Shown here: positions 7,425 to 14,645 of the stretch, in pieces
Numbering within the stretch: the first letter of the stretch is position 1
How the letters are laid out: the number at the start of each line of letters is the position of its first letter
DNA from: a virus
Virus record (IMG/VR): IMGVR_UViG_3300010232_000025
Direction: 5' to 3' (one strand)
Length of the DNA stretch: 20,463 bases
Translations under genes and position numbers: made by a program
The notes under the pieces: model-generated
Told to the model about the DNA's origin: nothing
Database searches by the model: none
Seen by the model: the letters and a program-made list of their open reading frames with translations, nothing else

Positions 7425-8303
7425 TTAGACCTCCTCCTCGTAGCCCGCGTTCTCTATAGCCGCGTCCGCCATGTTGGACCCGACGACCTCAACGAGAAGT
7501 TCCCGGAACTTTTCGAGGGACAGGTCCTCAACCGCCGCCTGTGGGTTCTGTCCCCACAGTTGGGAGAGGAGGGTCGAAAGGACGCGGACTTTCCCCGTGT
7601 TCGCCTCGCCCGGGACGTTCGTCCGTAGGAACTCAACACTCGAACTCCCGACCATGGACGCCTCCTCCGCCGGGTAGCGCGTGAGGCGGGACTCCGGCAT
7701 GGGATAGGCGGTAATGTTCGTGTCTACGGACGTGAGAGAGTCCTTTACGTAGACGACCGCGAACACAGCGTCCGCGTCCCGGAACCGCGTAACGACGTTC
7801 CCCGCGTAGTCGTCCAGCGCGGGGGCGTCCGGGAACGCCTCGTAGTAGTCCGGGACGGACTCCGCGAGAACGTCCACTACGTAGACCTTCGCGCCGGGCT
7901 TTGCCCTGTCGAACGCGAGGTCTTTCACACCTACGCGAGGGTCGAGGGACAGCGGGTTCGCCTCGTCCAGCGGGCGGAGGTCGTCTACCTCGCCCTCAAC
8001 CTCGGAGAGTCGAGTCTCGACCTCGTTTAGGTCGCCCTGAACATCTAACAGGTCCCGCGCCTGTTCGAGGGCGTCCTCCGGACCGTCTACGTCGCCGTGG
8101 GTCACTACCTCGTCCCACGTCTCCGGGTCCGTTACGTCGAGGTTATTCCCGCGGATCTCAACGGTTCCCTCCGGAAACTCCGTCTCGTCCTCGTCTACGG
8201 CGTATGTCTGTCCTCTATACTCCTCTTGTTCGGTCGGATCCTCGTCGGAGTCGGGGCTGTCCCCGTGGTCCTCAAAGTCTCCGAGTTCGTCGTTCTCGGA
8301 CAT
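7425..8303 (-). CDS. Hypothetical protein with a coiled-coil segment (292 aa)
   Basis: Acidic; heptad segment LNEVETRLSEVEGEVDDL; first gene after the promoter copy at 8334-8353. Confidence 0.85.
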   Translation of the reverse strand: MSENDELGDFEDHGDSPDSDEDPTEQEEYRGQTYAVDEDETEFPEGTVEIRGNNLDVTDPETWDEVVTHGDVDGPEDALEQARDLLDVQGDLNEVETRLSEVEGEVDDLRPLDEANPLSLDPRVGVKDLAFDRAKPGAKVYVVDVLAESVPDYYEAFPDAPALDDYAGNVVTRFRDADAVFAVVYVKDSLTSVDTNITAYPMPESRLTRYPAEEASMVGSSSVEFLRTNVPGEANTGKVRVLSTLLSQLWGQNPQAAVEDLSLEKFRELLVEVVGSNMADAAIENAGYEEEV

Positions 8304-8329
8304 GCTACGCCCCCATGTTCTCTATGGAC

Positions 8330-8384
8330 TATTATAAAACTACCTCTAACTACCGCGTGTTAGTCCAGAAAAGTAGCGGGGGCC
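8330..8384 (-). promoter_or_regulatory. Terminator-promoter junction; divergent promoter-family copy
   Basis: Minus strand CCCCCGCTACTTTTCTGGACTAACACGCG-GTAGTTAGAGGTAGTTTTATAAT. The TTTCTGGACT box has the same spacing to the TATA as in the other copies. Confidence 0.7.
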
Positions 8385-8621
8385 TTACTCGTCCGCGACC
8401 CGGTGTAGTTTCGCGGGTCCGACCTGTCGCGTTACCGCTATCCGGTCCTCCTCGCGGAGTTCCTGAACGAGTTTCCGGGCGCGACCGTGAGGGATATTCA
8501 GCGCCTCCGCGACCTCACGGGTTCCCGTGTCCTCGAACTCCGACTCCCGGATAGCCGCGACCGCCTCGCGTTTCTCCGCCTCCCGTTGAACCTCGTTCGG
8601 GTCCGTCGTAACCCCACTCAT
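8385..8621 (-). CDS. Winged helix-turn-helix DNA-binding protein (78 aa)
   Basis: GTREVAEALNIPHGRARKLVQELREEDRI followed by a beta-wing. Confidence 0.8.
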   Translation of the reverse strand: MSGVTTDPNEVQREAEKREAVAAIRESEFEDTGTREVAEALNIPHGRARKLVQELREEDRIAVTRQVGPAKLHRVADE

Positions 8622-9178
8622 GGCTTACCGTTCTCGACGCGCCGCCAGCCGCGGACGCCGTTCTCTTGAATATCTCGGAAAAGTGGGTTCACCTCGTCGG
8701 GGGACCCGAGGACATGGCGGAGGCGACTTTCCACGTCCCCGGGCGTCCCGGGCTGTTCGTCCGGTTCGACGAGGCGGAGGAGGGCTTTCCCCTGTCCATA
8801 GGTGAGGTGGTAGTCCGCGAGGAGGAGGGCGTCGTCGTAGGCGGTCGAGGATCCGTCTCCCTCTCCGAGGGCGGGGTCCCCGTTGAGACGGTTTAGTGTG
8901 AGGAACAGCGTCTCCGTCCGGGCGTCCGTCGGGTCCACGTCGTCCGTGTCCTCCTCCGGGTCGGACGGGTAGGCGACCTCGACGGGCGTCCGTTCGCCCA
9001 TGGAAAGGCGGACGTTCCCACCCATGCCGTCCTCCTCCGTCGAGACTCCGACGACAGCCGCCGGGCGGGAGTCGTTCCGTTCCGCTTTGATTTTCTGGAT
9101 AGCCTCGTTCTGTGCCTCCTCGTCCATGTCGGCGTTCCGGATCCGACTAATCAGGTTCTTAGCGGTGTCTCCGTCCAT
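8618..9178 (-). CDS. Hypothetical protein (186 aa)
   Basis: Start re-called at ATG 9178 (MDGDTAK...), 2 nt after the PCNA stop; acidic. Confidence 0.8.
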   Translation of the reverse strand: MDGDTAKNLISRIRNADMDEEAQNEAIQKIKAERNDSRPAAVVGVSTEEDGMGGNVRLSMGERTPVEVAYPSDPEEDTDDVDPTDARTETLFLTLNRLNGDPALGEGDGSSTAYDDALLLADYHLTYGQGKALLRLVEPDEQPGTPGDVESRLRHVLGSPDEVNPLFRDIQENGVRGWRRVENGKP

Positions 9179-9180
9179 GG

Positions 9181-10416
9181 TTACTCCTCGTCCTCGCCGT
9201 CGTTTCGAGAGTCGTATAGTTCGCGGGCGTCCTCCGTGTCGTGTTCCGAACACAGCGGGTAGCCGTCGTCCATGGCGTCCTCGGAGACGGGGTTCGGACA
9301 GTCCGCCGCGGAACAGCCGCCCTCGTCGTCCGTGTCGCCGTCCGCGTCGGAGTCCGCCCCGTCCGTCGCGTTCTCCGCCGCGCCGCCCTCACGGGCGTCC
9401 TCGTCCGTCTCGTCGTCCTCGTAGCGGTCGCCCCACGTCGGAGAGTCCAGCCGCGTAACGCCGTCGGAGTCGTCGGACTGGATACGAGGCGCTAACATGA
9501 ACTCTCCGGAGATCCCCCACCGGGATTCATGGAACTCCATTTTTATCGGGAACTCGTCCCCGAGGCGGAGGGTCACGTCGTCGAACCCCGCCCGAACAAG
9601 GGCGTCCGCCATGTCTTTCAGGTAGTCGAGACTGAACAGGGAGGCGTCGTCCGCGTTCGCCCCGGAGTCCCCGGAGAGGACCTTTTCCTGTGTGCGGAAC
9701 TCGTCCTCCGCCCGGACGAACTTCTCTTTCGAGGACTTACCCGCGGGCTTTCTCTCCCCGCGTTCCATGGCGTACATGGAGAGGTAGCCCTGTGGTCCGC
9801 CGGAGAGGGACCCGTTCCCCACCTCCTCGACGACCGGGCCGAGACGACAGTAGTCGAACGTCTTTTTTATCTCTCGGAGGGCGTCCCGGTATTGGGTCGC
9901 GTCCACCTCGCCCGTCCACGGGAGGGAGAGGTTCGGGAGGTCGGGTTCCTGCCGGATAGAGTCCGGGTCTATGGACATGAACGAACCCGTCCGCGTCATG
10001 CGGTCGTCGGGTTCGACCCGGACGTAGATCCGCCGTCCGACCTGTTCAATCAGAACCGCGTCCCCGGGGTTCTCGTCGGAGTTCCCACCCTTCCGGGCGT
10101 AGCCCGTGGTCGTTTCGAGGCGGTTGAGGTCCAGCCCGACGACGTGGGACTCCGGGACCTCGTAGGCGTCGAACGCCGCCGCGGGAACATGGAGGTCTAC
10201 CATGCCGACGTTCGCGGGGTCCACCGCCCGGACCCGCGCCTCCGCGTCGTCCGCGCCTCCCGCCTCGAACCGGAACTTACACTCGTCTACGAGAACGTCG
10301 AGAACGTTCGTTATTGATTTGAGGAGGTCCCCGCCCGTCCGGACGTGGACCGCCATCGGTTCCTGTTCGTCGTCCTGTGCCTGTTCCGTGTCGTCCGCGT
10401 TTGCTGTCTGACTCAT
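9181..10416 (-). CDS. pcn: DNA polymerase sliding clamp PCNA with an acidic, Cys/His-containing C-terminal extension (411 aa)
   Basis: LVDECK, AVDPANVGMVDL, IDPDSIRQEPDLP, SLFSLDYLKDM, LGDEFP and MLAPRIQSD match haloarchaeal PCNA motifs. Start re-called at ATG 10416 (ATGA overlap with the upstream stop). Confidence 0.93.
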   Translation of the reverse strand: MSQTANADDTEQAQDDEQEPMAVHVRTGGDLLKSITNVLDVLVDECKFRFEAGGADDAEARVRAVDPANVGMVDLHVPAAAFDAYEVPESHVVGLDLNRLETTTGYARKGGNSDENPGDAVLIEQVGRRIYVRVEPDDRMTRTGSFMSIDPDSIRQEPDLPNLSLPWTGEVDATQYRDALREIKKTFDYCRLGPVVEEVGNGSLSGGPQGYLSMYAMERGERKPAGKSSKEKFVRAEDEFRTQEKVLSGDSGANADDASLFSLDYLKDMADALVRAGFDDVTLRLGDEFPIKMEFHESRWGISGEFMLAPRIQSDDSDGVTRLDSPTWGDRYEDDETDEDAREGGAAENATDGADSDADGDTDDEGGCSAADCPNPVSEDAMDDGYPLCSEHDTEDARELYDSRNDGEDEE

Positions 10417-10631
10417 ACGTGTAGTGTCGTCGGTTTTAGTCGGTCGTCGTTCGGGTCCGGGCGGTAGACCTCGCCGCGTTTGAGGAGTTCGTCTACCGCG
10501 TTCTCCGCCGCCTCGCGGGAGACGCCGTTCCGGACCGCCTGTTCTATTACGTCGTCCGTCGGGACGCCGCGTCCCTCGTCCTCGTCGTAGTGGTCCCGGA
10601 CTATCTCCGAGACGGTCGTCCATGAGGTCAT
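10413..10631 (-). CDS. Stand-alone winged-helix protein resembling the MCM C-terminal WH domain (72 aa)
   Basis: GVPTDDVIEQAVRNGVSREAAENAVDELLKRGEVYRP pattern; coupled on both sides. Confidence 0.75.
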   Translation of the reverse strand: MTSWTTVSEIVRDHYDEDEGRGVPTDDVIEQAVRNGVSREAAENAVDELLKRGEVYRPDPNDDRLKPTTLHV

Positions 10632-11917
10632 AGTAGCCCCATGTCGTCGAGGAGGGCGCGAACGAGGGCGTCACCCGAGGGCTGTCCGCCCGGGTGGACG
10701 GACTCCTCGGACGCCCGTTTCTGTAGGGCGTTGTAGGACTCTCGCCGGAGGTTAGACTCGACGACAGCCGCGTTTATGCGGGTGAAATTGTCCCACCCAC
10801 AGCCGGGACAGAACGTTACCGTGTCGCCGTCCTCCGTCTCCTCCGTGTCGGTCCCGGTTCCACACTCCGGACACTCGTCCGGGCGCGGGATCTCAACGAA
10901 CTCAACGTCCGCGAACTTGTCGGGCTGGACGACCGTCTCGTTCTCCGCGAACTCTCGAATCTCGTCCTCCGCCGCGTCCAGTTGGTCGCGGATCTCGTCC
11001 TCGTCGAGGTTCGACTCCTCCGGGACCTGTTCCACGTCGCGCCCGGGTTTGTCCGAGGCTTGAACACTCACAGGTTCGCTTTCGGCGTCGCCGTTTCCGA
11101 ACCCCTCGTCGTCGTTTAGCGTCGTCGCCCGGGACCCGTCGGCGTGGATTTGGTCCCCGATATGAACGAGGTCCATGTCCTCGCGTCCCGCCGCCTGTTC
11201 CTGTGCCCACGCCGGGAACCGTCCTTTCTCGTCCTCCGTGTAAACCGTTCTATGGAGGTAGACGTAGCCGATAATCCCGGGTTTCCGTTCCTCGGACTCC
11301 TCGTAGTAGACCGCGTTCGGGTGGACGAGGAACAGCCGGGTCCGCCCGGGTTCGACCCGGGGCGGTTCTTGTGACTCCGAGACGGGGATAGCCTTCGAGA
11401 GTCCCTGTTCACGGACCTCCTCAACGAACCCCTCCGGAGTGTCGTAGTAGGACTTTCCCACTAACATGAACAGGTCCCGCGTTTGGAATTGGGGGACCTC
11501 GCCCGCGTGTTCGAGTCCGTGGGCGTCGCCGGTCGTCCGGGAGATATGCCGCCATATCTCCCCGGTCGGGTCCGTTGAGAACCCGCCCTCGGACGAGATC
11601 CCGTCCAGAACGCCGCGGAGTTCGCTTGTTTCCTCGTCGCCTACGTCGTCCTCAACGCCGGAGGGACGAATCCACTCCCCGACTGTCCCCGGAACGTTAT
11701 CGGGGCCGGTAACGGCTAACTCAAACTCAACGCCGGGGAAATACTCGTAGCCCCGGAACTTACTCCGTTCGAGGTAGGGAACCGCCGGGTCGAACTCAAC
11801 GAACGGGGGGAGAGTTCCGTCTCCGGACCGGGGCGGACTCCGTAGGTATGCTTTGCTGTGTTTGAGGAACCCACAGCCGCGTTCCTCGTTTCGTACTGTC
11901 TCGCGTTCCTTTGTCAT
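10628..11917 (-). CDS. Multidomain hypothetical protein: ERGCG-type phage domain, acidic linker, Zn ribbon, C-terminal HeH/Rho-N-like helix pair (429 aa)
   Basis: ERGCGFLK...VGKSYY...LFLVHP...PGIIG; CPECG...CPGCG; YNALQKRAS...GDALVRAL. SD-like GGAGG 11 nt upstream. Confidence 0.85.
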   Translation of the reverse strand: MTKERETVRNEERGCGFLKHSKAYLRSPPRSGDGTLPPFVEFDPAVPYLERSKFRGYEYFPGVEFELAVTGPDNVPGTVGEWIRPSGVEDDVGDEETSELRGVLDGISSEGGFSTDPTGEIWRHISRTTGDAHGLEHAGEVPQFQTRDLFMLVGKSYYDTPEGFVEEVREQGLSKAIPVSESQEPPRVEPGRTRLFLVHPNAVYYEESEERKPGIIGYVYLHRTVYTEDEKGRFPAWAQEQAAGREDMDLVHIGDQIHADGSRATTLNDDEGFGNGDAESEPVSVQASDKPGRDVEQVPEESNLDEDEIRDQLDAAEDEIREFAENETVVQPDKFADVEFVEIPRPDECPECGTGTDTEETEDGDTVTFCPGCGWDNFTRINAAVVESNLRRESYNALQKRASEESVHPGGQPSGDALVRALLDDMGLL

Positions 11918-11967
11918 AGCGCGTAGTCCTCCGTGTTACCGCCTGTCCGCCGCCCTCGGAGGGGCGA

Positions 11968-12040
11968 ACGGATAGGGCGTCTATCCGTTTTGTATGTGAC
12001 TGATATAAAGTTACCGGAGATTAATGGAGAGTAGCCAAAC
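11968..12040 (-). promoter_or_regulatory. Promoter-family copy (20-mer at 12005-12024) with an 8-bp inverted repeat over the predicted start site
   Basis: Minus strand TTAATCTCCGGTAACTTTAT. ACGGATAG-GGCGT-CTATCCGT at 11968-11988 spans the predicted start near 11979. Confidence 0.75.
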
Positions 12041-12053
12041 CGCTTAAGCGGGT
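12035..12053 (-). terminator. Possible terminator hairpin
   Basis: Perfect palindrome CCGCTTAAGCGG (12040-12051) followed by TTT on the minus strand, just after a small ORF. Confidence 0.35.
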
Positions 12054-12066
12054 CCTACCGTGGGGG

Positions 12067-12192
12067 CTACCGCATGTCCGGGTCGGGGTCGAACCGCTTT
12101 ACCTCCGTCCAGCCGCGGTCGTGAATCTCGACGACTATCTCCTCGCCCTCTCGCCGCTTACGAACCGGGAACGCATATCTGGACCCGAACAT
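12067..12192 (-). CDS. Small hypothetical protein (41 aa), not in the ORF track
   Basis: MFGSRYAFPVRKRREGEEIVVEIHDRGWTEVKRFDPDPDMR*; GGAG 4 nt upstream; fills an otherwise empty gap. Confidence 0.55.
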   Translation of the reverse strand: MFGSRYAFPVRKRREGEEIVVEIHDRGWTEVKRFDPDPDMR

Positions 12193-12228
12193 AGGACTCC
12201 GTGAGAACGAGTAACACTTAGGCGTAGG

Positions 12229-12783
12229 CTACGGGTCGAGAGGAGAGTCCGGGATCTCCTCCGCCGCGCCCGCGAACACACAGCGCCCATGAACGAGTCC
12301 GCCGCCTAAGCCCTCGGACTGTGCGACGCCCCCGATAGGGTTCGTCGGGTAGATAGCGTCCCCGCACTCCTCACACTCCGGGAGGTTGAGGAGGTCGTCC
12401 AGCGTCTCGTAGTAGTCCGCGTCCCGGGCGTCCGGGTCCAGCGTCCGCGCCCCCGCGTCCGTCTCCGGGAGGTCCCGCGGATCCGCGAGATACCATGTAG
12501 TGTCCCGGTCCCACCGAACTCCGACCCGAGGTTCCGCCCGTCGGAACAGGGAGGCGTAGCGGAGTAGCGCCTCAACCTCCGCCTCCGTGAGGTAGCGGTT
12601 TTTCGACGTGTCGTGTCGCTTTACCTCTATCGCCCACTCGTAGCCGCCGTCCGAAACGTGTAGGTCCGGGAGGTCGAACCCCGGCGCGGACCCACTCCCC
12701 GCCGCCCGGACGACCGCGAACCCCTCGTCGTTCAGCCGGTCGCGGAGTTCGCGTTCCCCACGGTCGCCCTTACTGTTCCCCAT
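12229..12783 (-). CDS. hjc: Hjc-type Holliday junction resolvase (PD-(D/E)xK) with C-terminal Zn finger (184 aa)
   Basis: KGDRGERELRDRL..GFAVVRAAGSG...LPDL...AIEVK. Start re-called at ATG 12783. Tail CEECG...HGRC. Confidence 0.9.
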   Translation of the reverse strand: MGNSKGDRGERELRDRLNDEGFAVVRAAGSGSAPGFDLPDLHVSDGGYEWAIEVKRHDTSKNRYLTEAEVEALLRYASLFRRAEPRVGVRWDRDTTWYLADPRDLPETDAGARTLDPDARDADYYETLDDLLNLPECEECGDAIYPTNPIGGVAQSEGLGGGLVHGRCVFAGAAEEIPDSPLDP

Positions 12784-13180
12784 GGTCCTCCTCGTCCAGC
12801 GCGTCGGAGATCTCCCGGGCTGTCTCAACCGGAGACGTATCGTAGACCTCCGGGGAGTCGTAGTTCTCGCGTTCCTCTCGCGTAGGCGGACGTTCATGGA
12901 CGACGACCGTCGTCGGGTCCTCAACGACGAGGGCGAGGTCCGCCTCGCCTAACGCCTCGTCCTCCGTCGGAGAGATCCACGACATGAACGCGGACCCGTA
13001 GACGAACTCCGAGTAGCGCCGCGCCTGTTCGAGACGCTGGACCGCTGTCTCGTTTACCTCCGCGTCCTCAACGACGACCGCCCGGACCGGGAGGCTAACG
13101 CCGCCCGGAACCTCCTCGTCGTTGAGGTCGTCGAGGAACCCGGACAGGAACTCGTCGAGGATAGGGTTCGGACCGTCCAT
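12770..13180 (-). CDS. Hypothetical protein (136 aa)
   Basis: Acidic ORF; its ATG abuts the upstream TAG. Confidence 0.8.
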   Translation of the reverse strand: MDGPNPILDEFLSGFLDDLNDEEVPGGVSLPVRAVVVEDAEVNETAVQRLEQARRYSEFVYGSAFMSWISPTEDEALGEADLALVVEDPTTVVVHERPPTREERENYDSPEVYDTSPVETAREISDALDEEDHGEQ

Positions 13181-13483
13181 CTAAATCAGCCCCTTTCTCG
13201 CGTAGACCTGTGCGAGGAGGAGGGCGAATACGATACACCCGCCTCCGAGGACCGCGAGGGTCGGATAGAGTCCGAGGACGGACAGCGCCCACAGCGCGAC
13301 GCCCGCGACGACGAGGACGACGCCGCCGAACAGGAACGCCGCGAGGGACAGCCCCGCGAGGGTCCCCGCGCCCACTCCGAGGGAGAACCCGGTTAGCATA
13401 TCGCCGGTCGCGGACTCTCCGTCCGCGGGGATCTCCGCGTCGGGGTTCGCCTTTCGTTCTACCTGTTCGTCGTTCGAGGACAT
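13181..13483 (-). CDS. Small membrane protein (100 aa)
   Basis: Long hydrophobic stretch compatible with 2-3 TM helices; leaderless ATG after the promoter at 13511-13530. Confidence 0.8.
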   Translation of the reverse strand: MSSNDEQVERKANPDAEIPADGESATGDMLTGFSLGVGAGTLAGLSLAAFLFGGVVLVVAGVALWALSVLGLYPTLAVLGGGCIVFALLLAQVYARKGLI

Positions 13484-13510
13484 TAGGAGAGGACTACTAA
13501 CCGCCGGGAG

Positions 13511-13537
13511 AAAAAGGTCCGGGACGCTAACGGGTTC
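13511..13537 (-). promoter_or_regulatory. Viral promoter-family copy, near-identical to 468-494
   Basis: AAAAAGGTCCGGGACGCTAAC(G/C)GGTTC occurs twice; the predicted start near 13486 matches ATG 13483. Confidence 0.75.
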
Positions 13538-13540
13538 CGG

Positions 13541-14584
13541 TTAGTCCAGCGCGGACCGGTCTATCTCAACCGCCTCGCGGAGGTCCGTCCGCGCCTCCCG
13601 GACCCGCTGTTCGACCTCGCCTTTCGAGTCCTCGTCCACGTAGCGCCGGATAGAGTCCTCTATCATGTCCTCAAACTCGTCCCGGTGGTATTCTTTCAGC
13701 GCGTTGAGTTCGACGTTCGTATCTCGCCCGCCGGAGACGTTCGACATGAACCGGTCCCGGAGTTTCCGGTCCTTATCGGTCGAGGACGGGGTAGGGTTCT
13801 CCGGGAGGTCGTATTTCTTGATATGTTCGAGGTTCAGCGCCTCCCTCTCGAACATGAGGTCCGCGGGACCGTCGCCGTATTGAATCGGACTGTTCGAGGG
13901 CCATACGTCGAAAAAGTCCGGGTCATTCGAGTCCACTTTCTCCCGAAAGTCCAGCCCGTAGTAGCCCATGGACGCCTGAACCGCTACGGGCGCGTGGAAC
14001 CCGGAGGGGTTGAAGTCCCCGTAATAGAGGATCCGGACTCGTTTCCCGTCGTTCAGTTTCCCGATTAGCCGCTGTGTCGCCCGGAAAATCTTAGAGTGGG
14101 ACCAGTCCCCGCGGGTCGCCTCTAAGCGGACGTTCCACCGGTCACAAATCGAGCGGAACAGGGACGCAAGAGACGCTTTCTCTAACCAAACCTCAACATA
14201 CGTTTCCTGTTCCTTCCAAAAATCCTCCCGGTAAGCGTTCCATATCCCCTCAACCTGTCGGGACAGGAACTCCTCCGGATCCGCGTAGCCGTCGAACGGG
14301 GTCGTCGCCGCCCGCCTCGACGTGTCTACGATTTGGTTCGGATGAATGAACCCCGCCTCGCGCCCCCGCTTTACCGCCGTTTTCACGGTCCGGTAGTCGT
14401 AGTCCTGTCCCCGCGCCTCTAATGCGTAGTAGATATCACGGGCTGTTCTGTCCTCGCCGTCGGAGAGGAGGTCCTGAATACGGAGGACGAGTTCCGTGTA
14501 TTTACTCCGCGGGTTCCACGTTCCGCCCGCGTCGGGGAACACGACAGGGATCTCCCCGCCGGGCGTCTCAACTGTCTGAACCAT
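13541..14584 (-). CDS. Topoisomerase VI-A/Spo11-like protein (WHD plus TOPRIM; Mini-A type) (347 aa)
   Basis: TARDIYY (catalytic Tyr region), YVEVWLEKASL, TRGDWS and ILYYGDFNPSG. Confidence 0.8.
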   Translation of the reverse strand: MVQTVETPGGEIPVVFPDAGGTWNPRSKYTELVLRIQDLLSDGEDRTARDIYYALEARGQDYDYRTVKTAVKRGREAGFIHPNQIVDTSRRAATTPFDGYADPEEFLSRQVEGIWNAYREDFWKEQETYVEVWLEKASLASLFRSICDRWNVRLEATRGDWSHSKIFRATQRLIGKLNDGKRVRILYYGDFNPSGFHAPVAVQASMGYYGLDFREKVDSNDPDFFDVWPSNSPIQYGDGPADLMFEREALNLEHIKKYDLPENPTPSSTDKDRKLRDRFMSNVSGGRDTNVELNALKEYHRDEFEDMIEDSIRRYVDEDSKGEVEQRVREARTDLREAVEIDRSALD

Positions 14585-14608
14585 ACCCTACCGTGTGCGT
14601 GAGGGGTT

Positions 14609-14628
14609 GAAAAACCCCCGGAGACTAA
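14609..14628 (-). promoter_or_regulatory. Promoter-family copy
   Basis: Minus strand TTAGTCTCCGGGGGTTTTTC, 25 nt before leaderless ATG 14584. The TAGGGT-ATG context is shared with 3662. Confidence 0.7.
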
Positions 14629-14645
14629 TAGCGTAAGAATATCGG

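Noticed and set aside
8304-8316. Tiny upstream ORF ATG-GGG-GCG-TAG before 8303
   Set aside because: Its ATG lies upstream of the predicted start site (near 8308), so it is probably not in the mRNA.
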